NCBI GenBank assembly: GCA_965206595.1
Contig: OZ242214.1
Location: 1,344,001-1,408,000 of the forward strand
Reading direction: 5' to 3'
Length of the DNA stretch: 64,000 nt
Origin: Candidatus Latescibacterota bacterium
GTDB taxonomy: Bacteria > Latescibacterota > UBA2968 > UBA8231
In this document: piece by piece, positions 19,282 to 29,752 of the stretch
Layout: every line of letters starts with the position of its first letter
How positions within the stretch are numbered: the first letter of the stretch is position 1
The notes under the pieces: model-generated
Seen by the model: the letters and a program-made list of their open reading frames with translations, nothing else
Database searches by the model: none
Told to the model about the DNA's origin: nothing
Made by a program: the position numbers and the translations under genes

Positions 19282-21427
19282 TAGCTGCTCCCCAACCTTT
19301 TCGCGTGCGGCCGGTGACGGCTCGGCATCGTCGGGCACGCGCTCGGTCTCGCGGGCCTTCGCTTCGATTTTGTCTGGGTCGATGGCGTCCAGCAGATTGC
19401 CGACGATAGCGGTTAGTTCGATGCCGCCGGTTTGCTCCTTTATCCGCTCCTGCTCAGTTGGGTCGAGTTGCCGGTTGAGCCTGGCGAGACGTCCGGCGAG
19501 AGAACTCACCGTGTCTTCATCGTGGGCACCCATCATCACGCCCATGGCGAGATCCTTGAGTGGCACGGAGGGTTTGGTGATGAGCGGCTGGCTGGCGGTC
19601 TTGAGTGATTTTGTGACGCCGACGGCGTCCACGATTACATAGTGGGTCTTTCCACTGACAGCGGAAGGCGAAACTTTCTTGAGATCGTCATGGTCGAGTG
19701 TGCGGGTGCCACGTCCCTTCATCTGCTCGAAATAGTTGAGGCTCCTCACGTCGCGCATGAAGAGCAGGCATTCGAGCGGCTTGACGTCGGTACCCGTGGC
19801 AATCATATCCACGGTCACAGCGATGCGCGGGTAGTAGTCGTTTCTGAACTGGGCGAGGATGGACGCTGGGTCTTCCTCGGTTTTGTAGGTGACCTTTTTG
19901 CAGAACTCGTTGCCTTCCGCGAATTCTTCGCGCACGGTCTGGATGATGTCGTCGGCGTGGCTGTCGGTCTTTGCAAAAATCAGTGTCTTCGGGACCTCGT
20001 CGCGGCCAGGGAATATTTCTGGCAGTTTGTCGTGGAAGGTGCGGACCACGGTGCGGATCTGGTCGGGGTTGATCACGGCATGGTCCAGTTCGCGAGCGGT
20101 GTAGGTGACGTCTTCGTCCTGGATTTCCCAGCGCCTTCGGCGTGTCAGACGCTCGCGCTTTTCGACCTGCTGGAAGGCCTTGAGCTGACCGCCATGTTTT
20201 GTCCTTTCCGTGTCGATGACATAGATCTCGTTGCCGACATTGACGCCGTCGGCAACCGCTTGCTCATGGGTGTACTCGCTGACGACGTTTTTTCTGAAGA
20301 ATCCGAAAGTGCGGTTGTCCGGCGTCGCGGTCAGGCCGATGAGATAGGCGTCGAAATATTCGAGAACTTGCCGCCAGATGTTGTAAATCGAGCGGTGGCA
20401 TTCGTCGATGACGGTGAAGTCGAAGAACTCGGGTGGAATCCTGTCGTTATAGACGACCGGCATCGGTTTTTTTGGTGTAACCATTTCCGCCGGATTGAGC
20501 TCTTCGGTGGCTTCGTCCAGCTCCTCGCCCTTCAGGAGCGAATACATGCGCTGGATGGTGCTGATGCAGACTTGGGTGTCCTGCGCGACGAAAGAGGATT
20601 TTAGACGCTGGACGTTGTAGAGTTCGGTGAATTTCCGGTTGTCGTCGCTGGGCACGTAGGCCATGAATTCCTGCTCGGCCTGTTCTCCCAGATGCCTTGT
20701 GTCCACGAGAAAGAGGATGCGCTTGGCGTCGGCGTGTTTGAGCAGCCGGTAGATCGAGGTGATGGCGGTGTAGGTCTTGCCCGAGCCGGTGGCCATCTGA
20801 ATCAGGGCCCGCGGGCGGTCATCTTTGAAAGATGACTCCAACTTCTCGATGGCCCTGATCTGACAGGCCCTGAGGCCTGCAGGCTCTAAATCCGGAAGCT
20901 GTTGGAGGCGTCCTCGAAGCGAACCCGACTGGGAGTGCCAGTTCTGTAGCGTCTTTGGCCGAGGGTAGTTGAACACCTCCCGTGAACGGGGCTTCGGATC
21001 TTGTCCGTTGGTGAACCGCGTGAGCACCCCAGTACTTTCATAGACGAACGGCAGGGGTTCTTCATTTTTCACCCACTTGAGCTTGGCGGCGGCATAGGCG
21101 GCGGATTGCCCCTCGACAGTCGTGATTTTATGACCCCATTCCTCCGGCTTGGCCTCGACAATGCCGACAGGTTTCTTGTCGACAAAGAGAACGTAGTCGG
21201 CTGGGCCAACATCCGTCTGATACTCACGAACGGCGACCCCGAGCCCAGCGTTGAAGTCGATTCTATTCTTGTCCTGAACTATCCAGCCCGCATAGGACAG
21301 CCGTCCGTCGATTTTTTCTCGCGCTGCCTGTTCGGGGGTCCGGTTAGCTCTCGCCATTCTGCTTGATCCTTTGACCCGCTATGGTGTGGAGTGAAGGAGC
21401 AAAACTGATCTCCGAGCATTCGAAGGC

Positions 21428-22576
21428 CTACGAAACCGTGATCCAAGGGTAATGCAGTGCTTTTTCACTGCACAAGCCATTCCCCTCGGACCAAGGAACC
21501 CTCTTATGCCCATCCGGCCCCATGTGACAGGGCCTAAGCTTCCCCACCGCATACCGCTGCACCGCATCCTCGTCCAGCTCGACCCCCAGTCCCGGCTTGT
21601 CCGGGACCACCGCATATCCATCCCTGACCAGAGGCTCCGCGAGCAGGCTGTGCTCGTGGACGAAGTTGCCGCACAGGTCGCTGGCCAGGGTGCAGTTCGG
21701 AGCAGCGGCTGAAGCGTGGAGACGGAACGCGTCGAAGATCCCCAGGTCGACATTGGAGGCCTGCCACACCGGGATGCCGGCGGCATCGGCGATTCGCGCC
21801 ATGTCCAGGAAGCCCCAGTCCGAAGGGGCGACATTGATCCCGTCCACCGCGTCCCGGTATACCATCTCGATAACCTGGCGCGGGTTCTGTAGATGAGGGG
21901 CGATGATAATGGATGTCTCGTTCTTGAGCCGCCGATAGTCATCCACGTCGTCTTTCGGGATCGGGTCTTCGAAGACGACATCGTACGCTTCTATTTCGCG
22001 TGCCAGCGCCAGTGCCTGGTCGACGGTGTGAAACCGGTGGTTGGGATCGAGGACGATGCGCAGTGAGGGCGCCGCCTGGTGAATGGCGTGCACCCGGTCG
22101 GCCACGTTCCCGTCGTCCAGGGTGCACTTCACCTTGATGCCGTGGAAGCCCATGTCCGCGGCTCGTCTGGCGGCCGCGGCGGACGCTTCCGGGCCCATGC
22201 GTGCGATCCAGTAATCGACGAGCACGCGGTGTTGGGACTTGCCGCCGAAAATGCGGTACAGGGGCCAACCGACCGCCTTGCCGATCAGGTCCAGAAGGGC
22301 GATGTCGTATCCACCGCCGCCCAGACTGCGCGGCTCGAAGTCGAGCGGGTTCCTGCCAATCAGGTCCGGGACCGGATCCTCGCGGTCGCCGAAATAGGGG
22401 CCGCTCATGCCGAGCCCGGTGATCCCCTCGTCCGTGTGAATGCGCAGCACATCCTGCCTTCTTTCCCCGAGGGGGGCGGGATAGGATTCGGTGAACTCCT
22501 CGTACTCGGGCGGCGGCAGGATCCCGGGAAGAAACGGAACGCACACCACCGTCCGTTCCAGATGCGTAATCCTCAT
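21428..22576 (-). CDS. Mandelate racemase/muconate lactonizing enzyme (enolase superfamily)
   Basis: DIALLDLIGK, GIKVKC, LDPN, FEDP, PDKPGLGVELDE; last ~35 aa look non-homologous. Confidence 0.88.
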   Translation of the reverse strand: MRITHLERTVVCVPFLPGILPPPEYEEFTESYPAPLGERRQDVLRIHTDEGITGLGMSGPYFGDREDPVPDLIGRNPLDFEPRSLGGGGYDIALLDLIGKAVGWPLYRIFGGKSQHRVLVDYWIARMGPEASAAAARRAADMGFHGIKVKCTLDDGNVADRVHAIHQAAPSLRIVLDPNHRFHTVDQALALAREIEAYDVVFEDPIPKDDVDDYRRLKNETSIIIAPHLQNPRQVIEMVYRDAVDGINVAPSDWGFLDMARIADAAGIPVWQASNVDLGIFDAFRLHASAAAPNCTLASDLCGNFVHEHSLLAEPLVRDGYAVVPDKPGLGVELDEDAVQRYAVGKLRPCHMGPDGHKRVPWSEGNGLCSEKALHYPWITVS

Positions 22577-22640
22577 TTAATCAATCTCCTCCGTAGCGGG
22601 ACCATCTCTGCCGTCGTGCCGGGAAGCGGCCGGGTCCCGG

Positions 22641-23012
22641 CTACTCCTTCAATTCGCCCCCAAACCCGATCCGCCCTTCGGCGCCGGGGGAATACAGCAC
22701 GTGTACGTTTTCCCTGGGCCTGTCGAGGATCCGGGCGACGGCTTCCGCGATGCCGGCCATCTCCCGGCGCAGCTCGACCGCATCGGGCAATTCGTAGCGC
22801 AAGACGCTGACGAAGGTTGGACGCACGCTCCCGTCGATCAGGGTCCTGTTTTCGGCGTAGTCGCGCCGGTCGATCGAGCGCAATCTTATCCACGTGCCCC
22901 CCGGCTCGCTGCCGAACAGGTCCCCCAGCTCGTCGACGAGAGACTGGAGCTGCTCCTTGCTGGCCACAGGTTCCGAGGCGTTCGTCACGACCTCGATGTC
23001 AACAAAGGGCAT
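22641..23012 (-). CDS. Tautomerase superfamily protein
   Basis: N-terminal Pro after Met (MPFVDIEV); beta-alpha-beta pattern IAEAVARILDRPRENVHVLY; GFGG C-terminus. Confidence 0.7.
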   Translation of the reverse strand: MPFVDIEVVTNASEPVASKEQLQSLVDELGDLFGSEPGGTWIRLRSIDRRDYAENRTLIDGSVRPTFVSVLRYELPDAVELRREMAGIAEAVARILDRPRENVHVLYSPGAEGRIGFGGELKE

Positions 23013-23092
23013 TTTGCGCGGCTCGATTCAGCGCTTCGGAATCGGTGATTCGGCTGCTGCCGGCATCATCCTGTTGCGGGGGATCCTGGAAA

Positions 23093-24064
23093 TCACTGCC
23101 GGAGGAAACAGTCGAACCAGCCGACCACCTGTTCGAAGTACTCCAGCGTGAAGAAGTGACCGCCCGGAGGCCGGTGCACGAGAAAGCGCTCACTGGTCTC
23201 CGCGTAGGCCGGCGCCACGGTGCGGACGAAGTCGTCGACGGCGGTTCGCGGCATGTCCACATCCTCGAGGGGCGCGACGGCCATGAACGGGCGGGGGGCG
23301 ATGCAGCCGGCGACGATGTCGCCGTGGTCGAAATAGCGCAGCAGGTGGGGCACGAAGACCAGGGAGCTGTGGCGCTGGATGTTGCCCTCGTGGATCAGGC
23401 GGGACAGGCTGCCCAGCACGCCGCAGACGGCGGCGCCGGCGCGGATGATGGGATCGCAGGCCATGGCCGTCCAGGTGGCCATGCCGCCGAGAGACATGCC
23501 GGTCAGGCCGATGCGGGTGCCGTCGACCTCGGGGAGGGAAGCCAGGACGCGCGCCGCCAGCAGGGCTTCCTCGGCGACGATGCCGGCGTGAGGGCGGCCG
23601 TACGCCTCCAGCAGCTTCGCCTCCTCCTCCCATGCCTCCTCGGTCCCGCGGCGGACCACGGATCCCTTGAGGGAGATCGAGATCGTCGCGTATCCGCGGT
23701 TGGCCAGCTCCCGGCCCCATCCCCGCAGCTGCCCGCTCTCCGGGTCAACCACGAGCTCCCTCGCAAGGACGTTCGCCGTCGTGCCCCCGGTGCCGTGCAT
23801 GCAGACGACCCCGGGTACCCGGCCCCCGGATGGATCGAGCGGCACGAGCGCGGTACCTGTCAGGGTTTCGCCGAGCGAGTTCACATACGATACCCGCAAT
23901 TCCCGGTTGGCCCCGTCGTCCGCTACTGCTTCCACGGTCGATTCGACCGCATCGGGCACGCGGTCCAGTCCGAGAAGCTCAAGGAACCTGGCCCGCACCT
24001 GACCGGCCGGGGTGTGCCGGGGAAACGCGGGGCGGATTCCTTGAGGAAGCGGGTTGGGCATCAT
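23093..24064 (-). CDS. Alpha/beta hydrolase (dienelactone hydrolase/acetylesterase-like)
   Basis: VVCMHG, RIGLTGMSLGG nucleophile elbow, IAPRP, PGGHFF. Confidence 0.85.
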   Translation of the reverse strand: MMPNPLPQGIRPAFPRHTPAGQVRARFLELLGLDRVPDAVESTVEAVADDGANRELRVSYVNSLGETLTGTALVPLDPSGGRVPGVVCMHGTGGTTANVLARELVVDPESGQLRGWGRELANRGYATISISLKGSVVRRGTEEAWEEEAKLLEAYGRPHAGIVAEEALLAARVLASLPEVDGTRIGLTGMSLGGMATWTAMACDPIIRAGAAVCGVLGSLSRLIHEGNIQRHSSLVFVPHLLRYFDHGDIVAGCIAPRPFMAVAPLEDVDMPRTAVDDFVRTVAPAYAETSERFLVHRPPGGHFFTLEYFEQVVGWFDCFLRQ

Positions 24065-24080
24065 CTCTGTTGCCGCCCCT

Positions 24081-25685
24081 TCAGAAGGTGAGGTCGATCT
24101 CCAGGCCGACCAGGGAGACGTGGCGGTCGGGGGCGCGGGAGTCCGAGAGCAGGCGGACCTCGATCTCGTTCTCTCCCTGTCGCAGCGGCGGGGTGGTTGC
24201 CGCGAACGTGGCGCTCGCCCCGTCGACGTGCTGCTCCACCGGCTCGGCGGGGTAGCTCAGCCAGAACAGCGACGCCGCGGTCAGCTCCTGCCAGCCGTCG
24301 AAGGAGACCTCGGCCCCGCTCCAGTCCAGCTCCTGGCCGTTGAGGCGGACGGACAGGGAGTCGTCTTCCTCCAGGGCATCGAAACGCAGGGTCAGCCGGC
24401 AGGGGCCGAGCTCGCCGGCCTCCCGCGCCGCTTCGAGATCGTCGGCGACGGCCAGGCGCAGGACCGGGCCCTGGCCGGGGTAGTTGGGCTGCAGCCGCAC
24501 CGGCAGCTGCGTCTGCGACTGCGCCAGGGCGAAGGCGCTGCTGTGCCCGGAGGAGCCGTACGCCGAACCGGTGGTCTCGAGCTCGTAGCGCTTGTCGAGG
24601 CGGCGGAGCTTTTCGAGGTCGGTCAGTTCGGAGGCGATGCGGCGGTTCCACTCCGGGGAGCGGGTGTAGAAGTTGTAGAGGTAGACGCCGTCGGCCCCGT
24701 CGTTGAGCCAGCGGCAGGCCAGGGCGCGCAGCTTGCGGTCGTCGCTGTCCCGGGTCGCCTCGATGCAGCCGTACACCAGCGCGTCGTTCCCCGCGGCCGC
24801 GGCGACGAACTCCTCCACGGAGGTCTCGAAGGAGATGAAACCGCCCCCGACGACGACGATGTCGACGAGGCCCTCCTCGAGCCAGGCGACGACGTCGAGG
24901 CCGACGCGGCTGCAGTCGGCGATCCCCGGCGGCACGCGCACCCCGAGCAGCAGCGGGCGGCCGCGATCAGCGGCGACGGTCCGCATGCGCGCGCGCACTT
25001 CGCGCACGAGGCCGGTCATGAAGTGGCGGTTGGCGTACCCCTCCTCGACGCGGAAGAAGGCCGGGTGGCGCATGAAGTCGAGCTCGACGCCGTCGACGTC
25101 GAAGCGCTCGAAGCACTCGCAGATGATGCCGGTGACGAAAGCGCGGTTGCCGGGGTGGGCGTAGTCGAGGCCGGTGCCGATGCCGTGCTCGATGGTGCCC
25201 TCGGCGAAGCGCTCCCCGGGGCGGGCGATCAGGCGCTCGGGGTGGCGGCGGCGGTAGTTGCCGTACCCCGGGTGGCGGGGGTCGATGACGTAGTGGCTGT
25301 TCATGCGCACGCGCGCAAAGAACGGGATGCCGCTTTCCCGGCAGAGCCTCAGCATCGCCGTCAGCGGGCCGCCGCACTCCTCGATCAGGGAGCGCACGTT
25401 GGCGGCTACCTTCGGGTAGGAGTCGTCCCCGCCGGCGGAGTGCACGAAGGAGTACAGCTCGTCGAGGCCTTCGAGGGAGGGCTGCTCGGCTCCGAAGATC
25501 TCGCCGATTGCGGTTTCGAACTGGTAGACCTCGTGATCGCCCGTCGACCACCAGAGGGCGCCGCCGGTGCCGGCGTACCCGGCGACCACCTTGTCGCGCA
25601 GGTCGGCCTCGGAGACCGGCGGGTCCGAGCTGAAGATCCAGCCGTCGTCGGTGAAGATGAGGGGCGGGAACCCGGGCTTTGCCAT
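24081..25685 (-). CDS. GHL10/DUF187-like glycoside hydrolase
   Basis: Start MAKPGFPPLIFTDDGW (ATG 25685); RVRMNSHY, FDVDGVELDFMR, GADGVYLYNF. Confidence 0.7.
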   Translation of the reverse strand: MAKPGFPPLIFTDDGWIFSSDPPVSEADLRDKVVAGYAGTGGALWWSTGDHEVYQFETAIGEIFGAEQPSLEGLDELYSFVHSAGGDDSYPKVAANVRSLIEECGGPLTAMLRLCRESGIPFFARVRMNSHYVIDPRHPGYGNYRRRHPERLIARPGERFAEGTIEHGIGTGLDYAHPGNRAFVTGIICECFERFDVDGVELDFMRHPAFFRVEEGYANRHFMTGLVREVRARMRTVAADRGRPLLLGVRVPPGIADCSRVGLDVVAWLEEGLVDIVVVGGGFISFETSVEEFVAAAAGNDALVYGCIEATRDSDDRKLRALACRWLNDGADGVYLYNFYTRSPEWNRRIASELTDLEKLRRLDKRYELETTGSAYGSSGHSSAFALAQSQTQLPVRLQPNYPGQGPVLRLAVADDLEAAREAGELGPCRLTLRFDALEEDDSLSVRLNGQELDWSGAEVSFDGWQELTAASLFWLSYPAEPVEQHVDGASATFAATTPPLRQGENEIEVRLLSDSRAPDRHVSLVGLEIDLTF

Positions 25686-26599
25686 CAGTCGATCTGTACC
25701 GGCGGGAAGAGCTCGTCGATGCGGGCGCGGACCTCGTCGAGCAGTCCCGGGTCCGGCGGCGGCTGCGGCGGCCCCGGGAGGTTGTTGGGGTAGAAGCCGA
25801 GCAGCTGAATGGAGGACTTCATCACCCCGAGCCAGTTCTTGCTGACCGCCCAGTTGAGGAACGGCTCCTCGTACCTGAAGACGATCTCCCAGGCGCCGTC
25901 GTCGTCGCCGTCGATCAGGCGCTGATGGAACTGCAGGGCGATCGCGGGCCGGAAGGGGGCGATCGGGCAGAGATAGGCGGGGGAGCCGAATCTGTAGCCG
26001 AAGGCGAAGTTGCGCATCTGGCCGCCGCTGATGACGCCGAACTGGTTGCCCGCGGAGCCGCGCGTGTAGTCGTAGTAGGCGGCGAACATGTCGGCGTCGT
26101 TCTTCATGCCGATGATGTACGGCCGCTGCGAGAGCTCGACCGCGGTCTCCACCGGCAGCATCGGCTGGGTGATCGTCCACAGCAGCAGCGGCATGTCGTT
26201 GACCCCCTCGATCTGGTCGAAGTAGCGGGGCAGGGCCGCGGCGGTCTGGTTGTAGCCGTCGACCTGCACCTTGACGGCGTCGGCGCCGGCGGCGCCGGCG
26301 TGGGCGAGGAACTTCCGGGTTTCGGACGGCTTCCAGTACTTCGTCGATGCGATGAAGAGAGCGCGGCCGTCGTTGGCGGCCCCGACGACCTCGGTCAGGC
26401 GGTACACCTCCTCGTCGCTGAGGGCGGCGAACTCGCTGCTGCCGTAGGTCAGCAGCAGGATCGGGACCTGCTGTCCGGCGAGCCAGGAGACGTAGGCGGA
26501 GACGGCGCCGTAGTTCACGGTGCCGTCCTCGTTGAAGCAGATGTTGAGGGGCACTACCGGGCCCTTCATGCGGGCGTACGCGGCGCTGGCTCGGCTCAT
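25685..26599 (-). CDS. Dihydrodipicolinate synthase family aldolase (divergent)
   Basis: FNEDGTVNY, YGSSEFAALSDEE, IIGMKND Schiff-base lysine. Confidence 0.8.
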   Translation of the reverse strand: MSRASAAYARMKGPVVPLNICFNEDGTVNYGAVSAYVSWLAGQQVPILLLTYGSSEFAALSDEEVYRLTEVVGAANDGRALFIASTKYWKPSETRKFLAHAGAAGADAVKVQVDGYNQTAAALPRYFDQIEGVNDMPLLLWTITQPMLPVETAVELSQRPYIIGMKNDADMFAAYYDYTRGSAGNQFGVISGGQMRNFAFGYRFGSPAYLCPIAPFRPAIALQFHQRLIDGDDDGAWEIVFRYEEPFLNWAVSKNWLGVMKSSIQLLGFYPNNLPGPPQPPPDPGLLDEVRARIDELFPPVQID

Positions 26600-26767
26600 T
26601 CGGGTTCTCGATTCCTCGGGGAATTCGCGGGTTGTTCGCGCCGCGGACTGAGGCGCCGCTGTGCTTTGCGTCGCGCCGGGGGAGCGGCGATGTTATGCCG
26701 CCCGCTCGCGCACAATGGATCAGGAGGAGCGGCAGAAGGTATCGCCGCTCAAGAGGAGAAACAAGGC

Positions 26768-27919
26768 GTGAAGCTCTCCCGGACAGGCCGCAGAATCGAA
26801 GCCGAGCACGGCGTCATCGCCAGCTTTCCCGACGACTTTTTCGGCTATTTCGGCTGGCCTACCATCGCGCGCATGCCGGACGGAACCATTGTCGCGGCCG
26901 CCTCGGGGCTGCGCAACGAGCACGTCTGCCCGTTCGGGCGCAGCGTCTTCTTTTCCAGCGCGGACGAAGGCCGCACCTGGTCGAGCCCGCGCGTCGTCAA
27001 CGACTCGCCGCTCGACGACCGCGACACCGGGATTGTGAGCTGCGGCGGCCGGCGCCTGCTGCTGACCTGGTTCACCACCGACAACCGCCGGCAGCTCGAG
27101 CGCCGCTCCGGGGATCTCGACGAGGAGGCGCGGCGCCGCTGGGAGCAGGGGTTGCTGCGGGCCGGGGCTCCGGATGCCGGGGAGTGGGTCGGGGCCTGGG
27201 GGCGGACGAGCGCGGACGGCGGCGACAGCTGGTCCCACCCGATCCGGGTGCCGCAGACGGCCCCGCACGGGCCGATCCTGCTGGCGAACGGGGAGCTGCT
27301 GTTTTTCGGGAAGCTGTTCGAGGTCGACATGGCCGGCTTCTCCGCGGGCATCGGCGCCATCGCCGCCATGAGGAGCAGGGACTTCGGCCGCACCTGGGAG
27401 CCGCTGGGAACGGTGCCCCCGTTCGCAGGGACCGAGGAGGGGAACTACCACGAACCCCACGTCGCCGAGCTGCCCGGGGGCAAGCTGGTGGGGTTGATAC
27501 GCCTCGAGCCTGCCCGGGAAGGGGCCGACCCCGCCGATCTCGGGCTGGAGCGGTTCATGCAGATGTACACCGAATCGAACGACGGCGGCGTCACCTGGTC
27601 GCGCGCGCAACCGATGAACTTCCACGGCTCCCCGCCGCATCTGCTCACGCACTCGAGCGGGGCCCTGGTGGGAACCTACGGGCGCCGCCGCGAGCCGTAC
27701 GGCGAGCGCGCCATGATAAGTTTTGACCAGGGGGAGAGCTGGCAGTACGACTACATCCTGCGCGACGACGGTCCCGACAGCGACCTCGGGTACCCGTCGA
27801 GCGTCGAGTTGGACGACGGCAGCATACTGACCGCCTATTACCAGAAACCGCGGGCGGTCGAGGACAAGTGCGCGTTTCTCTGGAGCAAGTGGAGACTACC
27901 CGACCCGAAAGGAGCTTGA
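26768..27919 (+). CDS. BNR/Asp-box beta-propeller glycosidase (sialidase family)
   Basis: Five Asp boxes (SADEGRTWS, SADGGDSWS, SRDFGRTWE, SNDGGVTWS, SFDQGESWQ) and DLGYPS; GTG start after GGAG. Confidence 0.85.
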   Translation: MKLSRTGRRIEAEHGVIASFPDDFFGYFGWPTIARMPDGTIVAAASGLRNEHVCPFGRSVFFSSADEGRTWSSPRVVNDSPLDDRDTGIVSCGGRRLLLTWFTTDNRRQLERRSGDLDEEARRRWEQGLLRAGAPDAGEWVGAWGRTSADGGDSWSHPIRVPQTAPHGPILLANGELLFFGKLFEVDMAGFSAGIGAIAAMRSRDFGRTWEPLGTVPPFAGTEEGNYHEPHVAELPGGKLVGLIRLEPAREGADPADLGLERFMQMYTESNDGGVTWSRAQPMNFHGSPPHLLTHSSGALVGTYGRRREPYGERAMISFDQGESWQYDYILRDDGPDSDLGYPSSVELDDGSILTAYYQKPRAVEDKCAFLWSKWRLPDPKGA

Positions 27920-27922
27920 GCC

Positions 27923-28852
27923 GTGATAACCGACAAGGTGCTGGGAGCGTACGCAGCGGTGGGGTCGCTGGCCCCTGCCGAGCAGGCGGAGTGGTATGGG
28001 AAGGCGTGCAGCGAGTGGAAGATCGACACCTTCGAGATTCCGCTGCTGGGAGGAGTACCCCTGGCCCCGGAGCTCGTCGAGGCGTTCACCGCGGGCTCCG
28101 CCTCCCTGGTGGTCACCATGGTGGCGCAGTGGGCGACCAAGGGGCAGCAAAGCCCCGGGTACGGACTCTCGTCCCTCGACGAGGGGCTGCGCCGCGAAGC
28201 CCTGCTCGACGTCCAGTCGGCCATCCAGCAGTGCCGGGCCCTCAAGCACCGGGGGATCGGCATCCGCGCCCTCGAGCTTCACACCGGGCGGCGGACCGGC
28301 AGCGCCGTTGCCCACGCCGTTTCCTTCGCGCGGAGTCTGCAGGAGCTCGGCGAGGCCGCGGCCGCGGCCCTGCCGGAATGCGAGCTGACCGTCGAGGTGA
28401 CCGACAGTCTGCCGCCCGAGCACCCCATCGCGTTTCCCGGGGCCAAGAAGGCGTCCCTGCAAACAGGGGAACTGATCGAGGCGGTGGCCGCCGTCAACCG
28501 GAGCCTCACAGGAAGGCCGATCTTCCTGGCCCTCAACTGGGGCAGGCTGCTGATCAACGGCGACCTTCCCCTCGACGTCGTCGAGCAGGTGCTCGCATCG
28601 CCGGTGCCGCTCGGGGGGGTGATCCTGTCCGGGGCGAATCCGACGCCCGACGGGTTCGCAGACGCCCACAACTCCCACCTCGACCTGGGCAGCGGCTTCA
28701 CCGCCGCGGACGCCCGCGCCTGCGCCGAGGCGCTCCAGGCCGCGGACGACTCCTGCTTCATCGGCATGAAGTGCGGGGTGACCTCGAGCGCGGGGGAACT
28801 GACGCCGGAGCAGGTGCTGACCGCGGAGGCGGAGTTTCTCAACGGCGTGTAG
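27923..28852 (+). CDS. DUF4862-like TIM-barrel protein
   Basis: VLGAYAA N-terminus, YGLSSLDE, LNWGR, VILSGA, FADAH; family recalled, not searched. Confidence 0.6.
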   Translation: MITDKVLGAYAAVGSLAPAEQAEWYGKACSEWKIDTFEIPLLGGVPLAPELVEAFTAGSASLVVTMVAQWATKGQQSPGYGLSSLDEGLRREALLDVQSAIQQCRALKHRGIGIRALELHTGRRTGSAVAHAVSFARSLQELGEAAAAALPECELTVEVTDSLPPEHPIAFPGAKKASLQTGELIEAVAAVNRSLTGRPIFLALNWGRLLINGDLPLDVVEQVLASPVPLGGVILSGANPTPDGFADAHNSHLDLGSGFTAADARACAEALQAADDSCFIGMKCGVTSSAGELTPEQVLTAEAEFLNGV

Positions 28853-28876
28853 GCTGCCATTGCGCCTGCCCGCCCC

Positions 28877-29752
28877 TCAGGACGGCCGAATCGAGTAGCT
28901 GTTTTTCGCCCGCAGCAGCAGGTTGGTCGATGCGAGGTCCCACACCTCGTTGAACACCGTCGGCTTCGGCCTCGGGGGCGGGTACCCCTCCGGGGCGTTG
29001 GCCGGGTCGATCAGCTCCTGGCGGTCCAGACCCCGCGGCCGGTCGAGCCACTCCTTCTCCGATTCGGCCGCCTTCACCTCCCGACGCAGGATGAACTCGA
29101 CGCGGTCGAAGCGGGTGAGGGCGACGTCGGCGACGAAGGTCCGCCTCAGGTCGGCGCCGTCCCAGGTGCCGAGATCCGGCAGCAGGATCGGCCCGGTGCA
29201 GACCTGGAACTGCGGCGGGTCGGTGTTGACGTTGATGAGGTTGACGGGGAACTCGACGGTCACCTCGAGGCCGCTCGTCTCGTCGCGCCAGGTGCAGACT
29301 CCGTTCAACAGGTCGTCGCCGAGAGAGGCATCGACGATCTGCCGGCGCGTCGTGAGCTCATCGCCGCCGTCGAAACAGCGGATGACGATGCGGTGATCGG
29401 CCCAGGCTTCGGCGTGCGGTGTCATCCGCGAAGGCTCCTGTTCCCCGCTGGGACGCGCCGCGATGGTGTAGGCCCCGGCGCGGCTGAAGGCCATGCGCCA
29501 CTCGCCGCTGGGTATCTGGAAGAGGTTGCTGTCGGCGATGGTGTACTCGCTGCGGCAGGGAGAGCCGAGAAACAGCTCAAGTCCGTCCCCGGAGCCGGGC
29601 TCGCGAATCCTGCATGCGGACTGAAGGTTGAAGCGGACGCGGTAGACCTCCCCGTCTTCGCCGACGAATCCGCCCATGTATTTGAAAAAGGGGTCCGGCT
29701 CGTGGGGGCGGCTTTCCCAGGTGAAGGAAGAGGCGTGAAAGTTGATCATCAT
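28877..29752 (-). CDS. Hypothetical protein
   Basis: 291-aa ORF with host-like codon bias; start overlaps the upstream aldolase stop. Confidence 0.75.
   Translation of the reverse strand: MMINFHASSFTWESRPHEPDPFFKYMGGFVGEDGEVYRVRFNLQSACRIREPGSGDGLELFLGSPCRSEYTIADSNLFQIPSGEWRMAFSRAGAYTIAARPSGEQEPSRMTPHAEAWADHRIVIRCFDGGDELTTRRQIVDASLGDDLLNGVCTWRDETSGLEVTVEFPVNLINVNTDPPQFQVCTGPILLPDLGTWDGADLRRTFVADVALTRFDRVEFILRREVKAAESEKEWLDRPRGLDRQELIDPANAPEGYPPPRPKPTVFNEVWDLASTNLLLRAKNSYSIRPS

Larger units (their letters stand above)
17423..21357 (-). pseudogene. hsdR: Type I R-M restriction subunit (EcoEI-like C-terminus) interrupted by IS630
   Basis: ADYVLF..IVEAK nuclease motif, MATGSGKT, DECHRS, GLTATP, QMKGRGTR; the frame GEQL|[10 protein letters not shown] is restored on removing the IS. 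Confidence 0.93.

Noticed and set aside
21520-21540. Possible IS end (GGCCCTGTCACAT on the minus strand) at the island edge, altering the enolase C-terminus
   Set aside because: No partner IR or transposase found; only marks an approximate boundary.
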